From an uncultured Coprobacillus sp. (GTDB lineage Bacteria; Bacillota_I; Bacilli_A; Erysipelotrichales; Coprobacillaceae): a DNA stretch of 63,306 bases. Of this stretch, positions 12,378-22,382 are shown piece after piece. A model generated the notes under the pieces. That model had not been told where the DNA came from, did not search any database, and saw nothing but the letters and a program-made list of their open reading frames with translations. The translations under genes and the position numbers were made by a program. The stretch covers positions 1 to 63,306 of the forward strand of contig CAYSWW010000001.1 of NCBI GenBank assembly GCA_964434915.1, in the 5' to 3' direction. How positions within the stretch are numbered: position 1 is the stretch's first letter; every line of letters begins with the position of its first letter.

Positions 12378-14279
12378 ATGCGATTATATTTGATAATGAA
12401 AGATTTTATCGAACAAGCTACTTATCTCTCTATTGATTATTTTATAACTAAATATGATGTATCAAAGAGAACAATTCAAAAAGATATTTCTTATTTGATG
12501 CGTATATCACCTCGAAAAGGATTTCGACTTCACATGAAAAGAGGTGAAGGATATTTATTAGAAGTGACTAATAGAGTATTGCTGGAAGATTTTATGGAAA
12601 CATTAAATGAAAGTTTTTTTGTGCCAACAAAGGAAAGGCCCTCTCAAATTCTATCTTTTTTATCTGTACAAAATGGATATGTTTCTATGGATAAAATTGC
12701 AGATATGCTACAAGTATCAAAAACAGTAATTAAGAATGATATGAAAGATGTGGATCAATTAGCTCAACATTATCATCTTAAAGTCGAAAGGAAGCATCAC
12801 TATGGTGTTAGAATTATAGGTGATGAAAAATATATCAAGAATTATTTGGTTGAAGAATATTTGGAACAGAATTTTATTATACAAACTGCCATCAATGATG
12901 TTGTGAAAGATTTTAAAGTCGTAGAGGATTATTTTGCTGACTTATTAATACATGAAAATTTGAATGTCAATTATAATGAGTTACTAAATATAACAGAATA
13001 TTTAAAAGTGATGGTATATATAGCGGTTTTAAACCATGAGAATGAAGATGATAGGATTGTTGAAAATGATACTTTGCATCGTATAGCAAGATCGATAATA
13101 GTTTTATTAAAGAATATATATCATGTTGAATTTTCTTGGCAAAGTATTCAAGAATTAATAAGTGTGTTAAATAAGAATGTCAGAAAACGTATAGAAAATG
13201 TTAGTTTTAGTACTACTCTCGAAAGCGATATTAACGAATTTTTAAAGAATATAGATCAAACATATCAAACAAAATTTTTGAATGATGAGGATTTTAAACG
13301 ATTTTTAATTACACATGTCACACTATTAATTGATCGTTTACGAGATAAAATCTCTTATAAAAATGAATTGGCTAACAAATTAAGTATTACGAATCCAACA
13401 GTTTTTAATATTGCTATTCAATTTTGCGATATGTTATCAGAAAAATACAATGTTGAATCTACTTTTGATGAAATAGGATTTGTGGCTATGCATTTTGCAG
13501 GTCACATGGAAAAAGAAAAACAGTTAAAATTACAATCTTATAATCGTATTGGTGTTATTTGTTCATCTGGTGGTGGTAGTGCTTATATAATAAAGCTTCA
13601 AATTGAGTCACTATTTCCATCTGCAACAGTTCAAACCTTTTCTTTTTTGCAACCAAAAGATTTGCTGGCATATCATCCAGATTTGATTTTTACAGTTATA
13701 CCGTTATCATTTGATGTTCAAGTTCCTATTATCTATATCAAAGAATTACTAGATGATAAAGATTTAATACGTATTAAACAGATTTTGCAAACAGATGAAT
13801 ATGATCCTTATACATTAATACATAATGATCCACCCTATGTTGCTTTCTTTTCTAAAGACTTTTTCAAAATTGTTGAAGAAAATGATTATGAACGTTTAAT
13901 TTATACCATGGCTATGGAGTTAGAAGAAAAGCAATATGGAAAAAAAGGATTTACAGATATGGTCATGCAAAGAGAATCTTTTGTCAGTACGATTTACTTG
14001 AATGGTATTTGCATTCCTCATCCTATTGAAACAAATGCACGAAAAAATATGATATCTGTTTGTGTCTTAAAAAAGCCATTTGTATGGGATGACAAAGATG
14101 TCAAAATTGTTTTTATGGTTTGTTTAAAAAAAGATCAAATAGAGATGTATAAAGTTCTAACAATACAATTATATAAATTGATGTATGAAAAGAAATATAT
14201 CGATCGTATTTTAAAAGGAAAATCATTTGAAGAAATGATGGCAGTTATGAAAGAAATAGGAGATGTTGATCATGAATAA
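12378..14279 (+). CDS. PRD-domain transcriptional regulator with EIIB-like and EIIA-like domains (BglG/MtlR/LicR type)
   Basis: N-terminal HTH, central PRD region, GVICSSGGGSAY (EIIB-Gat-like Cys) and a C-terminal IPHP EIIA-Ntr-like region. No AAA+ module. Confidence 0.8.
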   Translation: MRLYLIMKDFIEQATYLSIDYFITKYDVSKRTIQKDISYLMRISPRKGFRLHMKRGEGYLLEVTNRVLLEDFMETLNESFFVPTKERPSQILSFLSVQNGYVSMDKIADMLQVSKTVIKNDMKDVDQLAQHYHLKVERKHHYGVRIIGDEKYIKNYLVEEYLEQNFIIQTAINDVVKDFKVVEDYFADLLIHENLNVNYNELLNITEYLKVMVYIAVLNHENEDDRIVENDTLHRIARSIIVLLKNIYHVEFSWQSIQELISVLNKNVRKRIENVSFSTTLESDINEFLKNIDQTYQTKFLNDEDFKRFLITHVTLLIDRLRDKISYKNELANKLSITNPTVFNIAIQFCDMLSEKYNVESTFDEIGFVAMHFAGHMEKEKQLKLQSYNRIGVICSSGGGSAYIIKLQIESLFPSATVQTFSFLQPKDLLAYHPDLIFTVIPLSFDVQVPIIYIKELLDDKDLIRIKQILQTDEYDPYTLIHNDPPYVAFFSKDFFKIVEENDYERLIYTMAMELEEKQYGKKGFTDMVMQRESFVSTIYLNGICIPHPIETNARKNMISVCVLKKPFVWDDKDVKIVFMVCLKKDQIEMYKVLTIQLYKLMYEKKYIDRILKGKSFEEMMAVMKEIGDVDHE

Positions 14280-15327
14280 TCAATTATTAAAAAGATTGAG
14301 TAACGCTGATGGGATTGCATCTTATGAAAAAGAGGTCCGAGATATCCTTTATGAAGAATTAGGAGATTATTGTGATGAAGTATTTTGTGATGCATTAGGT
14401 AGCATAATCTTTCATAAACGTGGAATATCTGAAAATGCCTTGAAAATAATGATTTGTGCTCATATGGATGAAGTTGGTTTTATTGTTCGTCATATTTCTG
14501 ATATTGGATTTCTTTATGTTATGTCAGTTGGAGGAGTCATTGATAAGAGCAAAGAAATGCAAATTGTCAGAATTACAACTGATCAGGGAAATAAGGTTGA
14601 AGGTTTATTAAATGTCACAAGAGATGAACATGGACATGTGAAAGATATGTATATTGATATTGGTTGTGATAATCTTCAGCAAGTTGAAAGCTTAGGAATA
14701 GAAGTTGGTAATATGGTTTGTTTTGCAAGTGAAATGAGAACGCTAGCCACAAAAAATGTTTATATGGGTAAGGCATTTGATGATCGCAGTGGTTGTTATG
14801 TTTTAGCAGAAACGTTAAAAAAGGTTGCAAAAAATTCAGAAAATGATCTTTATTTTGTAGCAACAAGCGGTGAAGAAGTGGGATTACGTGGGGCTCAAAC
14901 TGCAACATATAAAATTGATCCGGATGTAGTTTTTGCTATTGATGTTGCGAATAATCTAGAATTAATTAAGAATTATACGAATCATCGTTTAATTGGGAAA
15001 GGACCTATGATTGTTCATTATGATAAAACAATGGTACCGAATCGTCAATTAGTTCGCTATGTCAAGTTTATAGCTGAAAAATTTCAGTTACCTTATCAAA
15101 ATGATATGTTAAGCGGTGGAGGAACTGATGCAGGTCAAGCTCATTTAGAAAAAGGTGGACGTCTAGCTTTGGTTTTAGGAATACCACTTCGTTATTGTCA
15201 TGGAGCTTATTCTATGGTTCATGGTGATGATTTGGATCATTTGGTAGAATTGCTCATACATTTACTACAAACAGATGCCACAAAATTTTGGAATATGAAA
15301 GATTATTTGGGAGGAAGAGAAAAATGA
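14272..15327 (+). CDS. M42 family metallopeptidase (FrvX/YpdE/CelM-like)
   Basis: ORF 14263..15327; ATG 14272 sits 12 nt after AGGAG. Motifs AHMDEVGF, DDRSG, SGEEVGLRGA. Confidence 0.85.
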   Translation: MNNQLLKRLSNADGIASYEKEVRDILYEELGDYCDEVFCDALGSIIFHKRGISENALKIMICAHMDEVGFIVRHISDIGFLYVMSVGGVIDKSKEMQIVRITTDQGNKVEGLLNVTRDEHGHVKDMYIDIGCDNLQQVESLGIEVGNMVCFASEMRTLATKNVYMGKAFDDRSGCYVLAETLKKVAKNSENDLYFVATSGEEVGLRGAQTATYKIDPDVVFAIDVANNLELIKNYTNHRLIGKGPMIVHYDKTMVPNRQLVRYVKFIAEKFQLPYQNDMLSGGGTDAGQAHLEKGGRLALVLGIPLRYCHGAYSMVHGDDLDHLVELLIHLLQTDATKFWNMKDYLGGREK

Positions 15328-15647
15328 CAGAAATGGAAAAAAACATTATAGGAATGATTTCATCTGCTGGTCAAAGTAAAGCCAAAGCATTTGAATCATT
15401 AAAAAAAGTGAAAACTGGAGAGTATGATGAAGCAAGAAAAATCCTTGATGAAGCAAGAGAGGCAGATATTCAGGCTCATACTATTCAAACAAAGCTTATC
15501 CAAGCAGAAATGTCTGAAAGTGAAGATAAGCCAGAAGTTGGGTTATTAATGGTTCATGCACAGGATCATTATATGACATCTCAATTAGCAAGAGACTTAA
15601 TTGAGGAACTCATAGAGATATTTGAAGCAAAGGAGGGGAAAAAATGA
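15324..15647 (+). CDS. PTS lactose/cellobiose family EIIA
   Basis: ATGA overlap with the M42 stop. MVHAQDHYMTS contains the conserved His. Confidence 0.85.
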   Translation: MTEMEKNIIGMISSAGQSKAKAFESLKKVKTGEYDEARKILDEAREADIQAHTIQTKLIQAEMSESEDKPEVGLLMVHAQDHYMTSQLARDLIEELIEIFEAKEGKK

Positions 15648-15976
15648 AAATAGTTTTGTGCTGTGCAGGAGGTTTTTCAACAACTATGTTAATGGATAGT
15701 ATGAAAAATACTGTAAAAAATAGTGCCAAATTAAATGAAAAAGATTTTGAATTTGTTGCTATACCTGTTGACATATTACAGAGTGAAGTTGAAACTTGTG
15801 ATGTATTAGTTATTGGACCGCAAATTGCACATAAATTGGATTATATTAAACCAATTATCGAACCATACAATATTCCATATGTTATTGTTGATCAAGATAC
15901 TTATGGAAAAATGGATGGGGCTACAGTTTTGAAAAAAGCACTTGTTGAAAGAAGAAAAGCAGATATGAAAAAATAA
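15644..15976 (+). CDS. PTS lactose/cellobiose family EIIB
   Basis: ATGA overlap with EIIA. MKIVLCCAGGFSTTML active-site Cys. Confidence 0.85.
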   Translation: MKIVLCCAGGFSTTMLMDSMKNTVKNSAKLNEKDFEFVAIPVDILQSEVETCDVLVIGPQIAHKLDYIKPIIEPYNIPYVIVDQDTYGKMDGATVLKKALVERRKADMKK

Positions 15977-15992
15977 GGAGTAGGTGAGATTT

Positions 15993-17315
15993 ATGTTTAA
16001 CAAGTTCGAAACATTTATGAACAAATATTTAACACCTTTAGCAAATAAAATGGATAAACAAGTTCATTTGAGTGCTGTAAAAAAAGCAATGGTTGCAATG
16101 ACACCATTGTTAATTATAGGAAGTTTCTGTTTGATTCCGGAAGCTATTCCTAATATGATTGGTGAAAATAATGCTGTATCTCAATGGATTTTAGCAAACT
16201 TAGATATTATTTATATTCCGTATAATGTTGGTATGGGGTTAATGTCATTATATGTGTCTGTTATTATTGCCTATCATCTGGCAAATTCATATAAGCAAGA
16301 TATACCAGGAAGCGTTAGTATGGGATTAATTGCTTTTTTGATGATGACTGTTCAGTATACAGAAGATGGTGGAATTGATACAACATATTTTGGAACAAAA
16401 GGTTTATTTGCAGCAATGTTTGCTTCACTTATTGCTGTTGAATTATATCGTTGGTGTAAAAATAAGAAATTTACAATTAGGATGCCTGAATCAGTTCCTG
16501 ATTTCGTATCACGTTCTTTTGAGATGATACCTATTTCAATTATTGTTATTGGTTTTTTCTTAATTATTCGTATAGTATGTGTTAATGTATTTAATACAAT
16601 GCCACCTCTTATCTTTACGAATATATTAGCACCATTAGTAGGCTCTATGGATAATCCTTTTGCATATACATTCTTAAAGATGTTACATTGTTTATTATTC
16701 TTCTTTGGAATTCATCCATCAGTATTAAGTCCAATTACGAGTCCAATTTCAACACAATTCTTAGCAGAGAATATTGCTAATTATCAAGCGAATTTAGAAA
16801 TGGTACATTTCTTTACACCTGGACCCGAATCGGCATTTGGGAACTTTACAGGTACAGGTGTTACTTTTGGACTAGTATTCTGGTGCTTGTTATCTAAGAA
16901 TAAGGCTTTAAAACAAATTGGGCGTGTTGCTTTAATTCCAGCATTGTTTGGAATTAATGAACCAATTTTATTTGGAGCACCAATTGTATTAAATCCAATT
17001 TTCTTTATTCCATATGTTATTTTTGGTGGTATTATAGGAAGTTTAGGTGGCTGGGCTCAATATCTTGGTATTATGAGTTGCTCATTCTTTACACCACCAT
17101 ACGTAGGAGTTTTCCTAGAAGGATATTTAACAAATATGGATGTGATGTCTATTGTTGTCAACGCAGTACAAATGATTCTTTCTATCCTTATATGGTATCC
17201 ATTCTTTAAAATGTATGAAAAACGTTATGGAAAGCAAGATACAAGGACTAATGAAAGCTCATTGTTAACTAAAGAAGATGAAGAAATTCTTGATGATTTA
17301 GATTTAGACTTTTAA
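15993..17315 (+). CDS. PTS lactose/cellobiose family EIIC permease
   Basis: ORF 15984..17315 (GTG 15984 is an alternative start). About 10 hydrophobic segments. GINEPILFG motif. Confidence 0.85.
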   Translation: MFNKFETFMNKYLTPLANKMDKQVHLSAVKKAMVAMTPLLIIGSFCLIPEAIPNMIGENNAVSQWILANLDIIYIPYNVGMGLMSLYVSVIIAYHLANSYKQDIPGSVSMGLIAFLMMTVQYTEDGGIDTTYFGTKGLFAAMFASLIAVELYRWCKNKKFTIRMPESVPDFVSRSFEMIPISIIVIGFFLIIRIVCVNVFNTMPPLIFTNILAPLVGSMDNPFAYTFLKMLHCLLFFFGIHPSVLSPITSPISTQFLAENIANYQANLEMVHFFTPGPESAFGNFTGTGVTFGLVFWCLLSKNKALKQIGRVALIPALFGINEPILFGAPIVLNPIFFIPYVIFGGIIGSLGGWAQYLGIMSCSFFTPPYVGVFLEGYLTNMDVMSIVVNAVQMILSILIWYPFFKMYEKRYGKQDTRTNESSLLTKEDEEILDDLDLDF

Positions 17316-17316
17316 T

Positions 17317-17345
17317 AAAGGCAAGCTATTGCTTGCCTTTCAAGT
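17317..17345 (+). terminator. Hairpin/attenuating terminator after EIIC
   Basis: AAGGCAAGC-tatt-GCTTGCCTT; weak T tail. Confidence 0.5.
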
Positions 17346-17362
17346 ATAGGAGATAGGGTAAT

Positions 17363-18451
17363 ATGGCAAAAAGAGTTAAAAAAGTACAAGAATTTTTGGA
17401 GAAAAAGAATATTGATGCATTATTGATTCAAAGTAAAACAATGAAAAAGTGGATGTCAACAATGTTAGGAAGTGGCTGCAAAGTTCTCATTACTAAAAAG
17501 CATGGATATTTGATTTTGGATGGACGTTATTTAATTGAAGCAAAACAGACTGAACATGATTTAGAAATTATTCTTCATGATCCTCATACTACTGGTAAAA
17601 GTTATTTAACAGTTGTAAAAAGAATTTTGAAAGAAGAAAATTGTCAATCTTTAGGGGTCGAGGCAAACGAAGTCTTAGTTAAAGAATATCAACAAATGCA
17701 AGGAATGGGTTTTGATATTTGTTTGTTAGATGAGGAAATTATGAATTTAAGAATTATTAAAGAAAGTTCAGAAATCCAAGCTATGAGAAAGACAGTCGCT
17801 TTAACTGATGAAGTCTATGCTAAAGTTCTTCAACATATTCGAGTTGGGATGAGTGAATATGAGATTAGTGCATTGGTTCAATATTATGCTATTGCTTCAG
17901 GAGCTCAACAGATGTCATTTGATACAGTTGTCACAAGTGGAGAAAGAACTGCTTTGCCACATGGACGACCCTCTTCGCGTAAAGTAAAAGCCCATGAACC
18001 AATTATGATTGATTTTGGTCTTCAATATCAAAATTATCAATCAGATATGACAAGAGTATGCTTTATCGGAGAGCCTTTAAAAGAATATAAAACAATTTAT
18101 GATTTAGTCTTAAAAGCACAATTGGCTGGTTTGCAAGCTATTCGTTCAGGAGTTAAGGCTTGTGATGTTGATGCGACTGCCAGAAGTGTCATTGAACAAG
18201 CAGGATATGGTGAATATTTCGATCATGGATTAGGTCACGGGATAGGTGTGACTGATAGCGGGGAAGGACCTATTTTAAATAGCCAAAGTCAGACCATTTT
18301 ACAAGATGGTATGATGATGTCATGTGAGCCGGGAGTTTATATTCCAGGATTGGGGGGTATACGTATTGAAGATGATGTTGTTATTATAAATGGAAAAGGA
18401 GTTCCAATGAATCAGACAACTAAAAATTATATAATATTGGAGGAAAGATAA
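17363..18451 (+). CDS. M24B family Xaa-Pro aminopeptidase/dipeptidase
   Basis: Creatinase-like N-domain plus pita-bread motifs DFG...D, HGLGHGIG, EPG, IEDD. Confidence 0.85.
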   Translation: MAKRVKKVQEFLEKKNIDALLIQSKTMKKWMSTMLGSGCKVLITKKHGYLILDGRYLIEAKQTEHDLEIILHDPHTTGKSYLTVVKRILKEENCQSLGVEANEVLVKEYQQMQGMGFDICLLDEEIMNLRIIKESSEIQAMRKTVALTDEVYAKVLQHIRVGMSEYEISALVQYYAIASGAQQMSFDTVVTSGERTALPHGRPSSRKVKAHEPIMIDFGLQYQNYQSDMTRVCFIGEPLKEYKTIYDLVLKAQLAGLQAIRSGVKACDVDATARSVIEQAGYGEYFDHGLGHGIGVTDSGEGPILNSQSQTILQDGMMMSCEPGVYIPGLGGIRIEDDVVIINGKGVPMNQTTKNYIILEER

Positions 18452-19632
18452 TGAAGTATGATTTTGATGAGATTCATAATCGTTTAGGAACCTATTGTAC
18501 ACAATGGGATTATATTGAAGATCGTTTTCATAAAAAAGATTTAATTCCTTTTTCTATTTCTGATACTGATTTTATTGTTCCTAAACCTATTACGCAAAAA
18601 ATTCATGAAGTAGCTGAACATCAAATATATGGATATACGAGATGGAATCATCATGATTTTAAATCTGCTATTACAACTTACTTTCAAAGAAGATTTCATA
18701 CCTATATTGAAGAAGACTGGATTTTATACAGTCCTAGTGTAATGTATTCAGTTTCTTTGCTTATTCGTTTATTGAGTCAACCTAATGATAAAATTCTTAC
18801 GATGGATCCTATGTATGATGCTTTTATCAATGTTATTTTAGAGAATGATAGAGAATTAGTTTCTCACCATCTTATAAATAATGATGGTACATTTGAAATT
18901 GATTTTGATGTTTTTGAAAAACAAGCGTCTCAGTGTACAATTCTCTTGTTGTGTTCTCCACATAATCCAACCGGAAGAATTTGGAAAGATGAAGAATTGA
19001 AGAAAATCATAAAGATATGTAAAAAATACCGTGTAAAAATCATCTCTGATGAAATTCATATGGATATTCAAATTAAAGATTTAAAGCATCGTCCATTATT
19101 GGGTTATCTTTACGAATATAATGAGTTGTATACAGCTAGTTCTTCAAGCAAAACATTAAACACACCAGGTTTAATTGGATCGTATGTCATGATTCCAAAT
19201 GAAAAAATAAGAGATGCTTTTATCGGTGTGACAAGAAGAAGAGATTTCTTGAATTCGGTAAATATTTTTGGGATGTATGCAACAATGATCGGATACACTC
19301 AATGCGATGATTATATCGATCAATTAAATGAATATATAAGTGGAAATATGGATTTTTTAGAAAATTTCATACAGGAAAATTTACCTGATTTTCATTTTCG
19401 AAAACCCGAGGCAACTTATTTAGCGTGGATCGATGCAAGAGATGTTCCCTTTACCAGTGATGAGATTCAAGATGCCTTAGTGAATATCGGAGGTATTGCT
19501 ATTATGAAAGGTGAAACTTATGGAGAGAATGGAGTAAAATATTTAAGGATGAATTTAGGGTGCCCACGTTCAAAAATAAAAGAAGGTTTAAAACGTTTTA
19601 AAAAAGCTATGGATGCTTTATATCATAAATAG
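18451..19632 (+). CDS. MalY/PatB family PLP-dependent C-S lyase (class I/II aminotransferase fold)
   Basis: Start overlaps the preceding stop. SSSKTLN PLP-lysine motif, SPHNPTGR, RMNLG. Confidence 0.8.
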   Translation: MKYDFDEIHNRLGTYCTQWDYIEDRFHKKDLIPFSISDTDFIVPKPITQKIHEVAEHQIYGYTRWNHHDFKSAITTYFQRRFHTYIEEDWILYSPSVMYSVSLLIRLLSQPNDKILTMDPMYDAFINVILENDRELVSHHLINNDGTFEIDFDVFEKQASQCTILLLCSPHNPTGRIWKDEELKKIIKICKKYRVKIISDEIHMDIQIKDLKHRPLLGYLYEYNELYTASSSSKTLNTPGLIGSYVMIPNEKIRDAFIGVTRRRDFLNSVNIFGMYATMIGYTQCDDYIDQLNEYISGNMDFLENFIQENLPDFHFRKPEATYLAWIDARDVPFTSDEIQDALVNIGGIAIMKGETYGENGVKYLRMNLGCPRSKIKEGLKRFKKAMDALYHK

Positions 19633-19642
19633 GAGGTGTTTT

Positions 19643-20299
19643 ATGCAAAAATTATGGAAAAAACTTACTTTTTGGATTGATCAAAAACCTTCAAAAGTCA
19701 GTTTTTTAACTCGATTGATTGCTTATGGACTTGATTGGGTAATTGGAGGAATCATTGCAGGCTTTCCCGCTGTTGCTATTTACGGCTTGGTTACTGGAAG
19801 TAGTGATATGTTTAGCGATTTATACGTTTTTCCATCTTTAGGCTTTTCAGTTTGTTGGGGTTATATAGCCGGTTTTTTGTGCCTTCTTTTTGCTTTTTTA
19901 TATTTGATTTACATTCCATATAAAAAATATCCAGGACAAACATTAGGAAAACGGATAATGAAGATTCAAATTGTTAGAATGGATCATAAACCACTGGATA
20001 TAAAAACATTATTTATAAGACATATTATAGGATTCATGTTATTAGAAAGTGTTTCGGTTGTTGTTGCAAGATATTATCGACAAATGCTAACAATAGCAAC
20101 AGGTATTTATTTTGAATACTATTTAACAGCTATTGGTGCATTTATAACAATGATCTCAACTATTTTAGTTTATAATACACCGTCAAGAAGAGCAATCCAT
20201 GATTATATTGCAAATACGACAGTTGTCAATATTGGAGACAAAGCTCCTAAAGAAAAAGTGCAAAATAGAAAAAATAGACATAAAAATAAACGCAGATAA
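19643..20299 (+). CDS. RDD family membrane protein
   Basis: ORF 19613..20299; ATG 19643 follows AGGAGG. RLIAYGLDW...GKRIMKIQIV...RAIHDYIANT pattern. Confidence 0.7.
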   Translation: MQKLWKKLTFWIDQKPSKVSFLTRLIAYGLDWVIGGIIAGFPAVAIYGLVTGSSDMFSDLYVFPSLGFSVCWGYIAGFLCLLFAFLYLIYIPYKKYPGQTLGKRIMKIQIVRMDHKPLDIKTLFIRHIIGFMLLESVSVVVARYYRQMLTIATGIYFEYYLTAIGAFITMISTILVYNTPSRRAIHDYIANTTVVNIGDKAPKEKVQNRKNRHKNKRR

Positions 20300-20311
20300 T
20301 GTATAAAAAAG

Positions 20312-20353
20312 GAGAATGGTTTATCAAAATAAAGATTAACCATTCTTCTTTTA
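20312..20353 (+). terminator. Rho-independent terminator
   Basis: AGAATGGTT / AACCATTCT stem followed by TCTTTT. Confidence 0.7.
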
Positions 20354-20405
20354 TATATATCATATTTTCAAATATTTAAAAAAGCAGAAAATTAAAAGGA
20401 TGTTA

Positions 20406-20444
20406 TTGATTGTTTAAACGAACTCATGTATAATTGTATACAAT
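20406..20444 (+). promoter_or_regulatory. Promoter of the acn-icd-gntR operon with an overlapping 12-bp palindrome
   Basis: TTGATT (20406-11), 17 nt, TATAAT (20429-34) preceded by TG. ATTGTATACAAT palindrome at 20433-20444. Confidence 0.6.
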
Positions 20445-20462
20445 AAAAAAGGGGGTATATCG

Positions 20463-22382
20463 ATGAATTTGGCATATAAGATTTTAAATGCGCATTTAAA
20501 AGAAGGAAAGCTTATTGCAGGTGAACAGATTTGTATTCAAATTGATCAAACTTTAACACAAGATTCCACAGGAACGATGACTTATTTGCAGTTAGAAGCA
20601 ATGGAAGTGGGGCATGTTGCAGTAGAAAAAGCCGTTGCTTATATAGATCACAATATGTTACAAACCGGATTTGAAAATATGGATGATCACGAATTTATTC
20701 GTAGTGTTGCGAGAAAACATGGAATTACGTTTTCGAAACCAGGAAATGGTGTTTGTCATCAATTACAATTAGAAAATTTTGCGAAACCTGGAAAAACTTT
20801 GGTAGGAAGTGATTCTCATACACCAACTTGTGGAGCCATGGGGATGATAGCGATTGGAGCAGGGGGATTAGATGTTGCAGTCGCTATGGCAACTGGAAAA
20901 TATTATCTGCAATGTCCAAGTGTTATTCAAGTGAATTTAGTAGGAAAAAAGGTACCTTGGGTGAGTGCGAAAGATATTATCTTAAAGATTTTACAAGAAT
21001 TGACTGTCAAGGGTGGAGTCAATAAAATTGTTGAATATACTGGAGAAGGAATGACTTCTTTATCATTAACTGATCGTGCGACTATTTGTAATATGGGAGC
21101 AGAATTGGGAGCAACGTGTTCCTTATTTCCTACTGATGAAAGGACTTTGGAATATTTGAAACAACAAGGTAGAGAAGATGATTTTATTGAAATGAAAGCT
21201 GATGATGATGCTGTTTATGATCAGAGATTGGATATTGATTTATCTACATTAGAACCAATGGTAGCCAAACCTCATAGTCCTGATGCAGTTGTATCTGTTA
21301 AGAAATTAGAGGGAATGCATATTCATCAAGTTGTCATAGGATCATGTACAAATTCATCTTTTGCAGATATGATGAGAGCTGCTAAAATTTTAAAAGGAAG
21401 AAAAGTTGCAGATCATGTATCATTGGTTATTGCACCTGGTTCTTCTAGTATTTTAGCAATGTTATCAGTTAATGGTGCATTAGCGGATATGATTCATGCC
21501 GGAGCGAGAATTCTTGAATGTGGATGTGGTCCTTGTATTGGTATGGGACAGGCACCATTATCGAAAGGTGTTTCTTTAAGAACGATTAATCGTAATTTTA
21601 AAGGACGTTCTGGAACAAATGATGCCAGTGTTTATTTGGTTTCACCTGAAATTGCGGCTTTATCAGCAGTTAAAGGATATTTGTCTTGTGAATTTGAAGA
21701 TGAGATGTATTTAGATGATATTTCTTATACACCATTTATTAAAAATGAAAATTTCTTTATTAATGAGTATGATCCTTATACTGAGGCTTGTATGGGTCCT
21801 AATATTAAACCGGTACCTAGAGGAGAAAAATTATTAGATGATATTCATGGAAGAATGGTGTTAAAAGTGGGAGATAATATTTCTACAGATCATATTGTTC
21901 CTTCTGATTCTAAATTATTACCATATCGATCAAATATTCCTTATTTAGCAAAATTCTCATTTAGTAAGGTTGATTCGAATTTCTATCAAAGAGCAATTGA
22001 TTATCACGGTGGATTTATTGTTGGTGGAGAAAATTATGGACAAGGATCTTCAAGAGAACATGCAGCATTAGTGCCTCAATATTTAAAGATTAAAGCAGTT
22101 TTTGCTTTATCATTTGCTAGAATTCATCGTTCTAATTTGATTAATAATGGAATTCTTCCATTAATTATTGATCAAAAAGACTATGATTTTTTCAATAATC
22201 ATGATGAATATGTGTTGTTAGATGTTAAAGAAGCAATTGAGCAAAACAAAGATATTGTTGTTGAAAATACAACAACAAAAGAAAAAATAACAGTGCAATT
22301 AATCTTGTCACCACGCGAAAAGGTGATGATCCTACAAGGTGGATTATTAAATGCAATTAAAGAATTAGGAGGAGATTTCTAA
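20463..22382 (+). CDS. Aconitate hydratase (about 640-aa form)
   Basis: GSDSHT, IGSCTNSS and CGPCIGMG Fe-S ligand motifs; C-terminal swivel domain. Confidence 0.9.
   Translation: MNLAYKILNAHLKEGKLIAGEQICIQIDQTLTQDSTGTMTYLQLEAMEVGHVAVEKAVAYIDHNMLQTGFENMDDHEFIRSVARKHGITFSKPGNGVCHQLQLENFAKPGKTLVGSDSHTPTCGAMGMIAIGAGGLDVAVAMATGKYYLQCPSVIQVNLVGKKVPWVSAKDIILKILQELTVKGGVNKIVEYTGEGMTSLSLTDRATICNMGAELGATCSLFPTDERTLEYLKQQGREDDFIEMKADDDAVYDQRLDIDLSTLEPMVAKPHSPDAVVSVKKLEGMHIHQVVIGSCTNSSFADMMRAAKILKGRKVADHVSLVIAPGSSSILAMLSVNGALADMIHAGARILECGCGPCIGMGQAPLSKGVSLRTINRNFKGRSGTNDASVYLVSPEIAALSAVKGYLSCEFEDEMYLDDISYTPFIKNENFFINEYDPYTEACMGPNIKPVPRGEKLLDDIHGRMVLKVGDNISTDHIVPSDSKLLPYRSNIPYLAKFSFSKVDSNFYQRAIDYHGGFIVGGENYGQGSSREHAALVPQYLKIKAVFALSFARIHRSNLINNGILPLIIDQKDYDFFNNHDEYVLLDVKEAIEQNKDIVVENTTTKEKITVQLILSPREKVMILQGGLLNAIKELGGDF

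Noticed and set aside
14272-15327. Calling the M42 protein a cellulase or endoglucanase.
   Set aside because: The CelM-derived 'endoglucanase' label for this family is a historical misannotation. The metal-ligand motifs (HMDE, DDR, EEVG) are those of M42 aminopeptidases.
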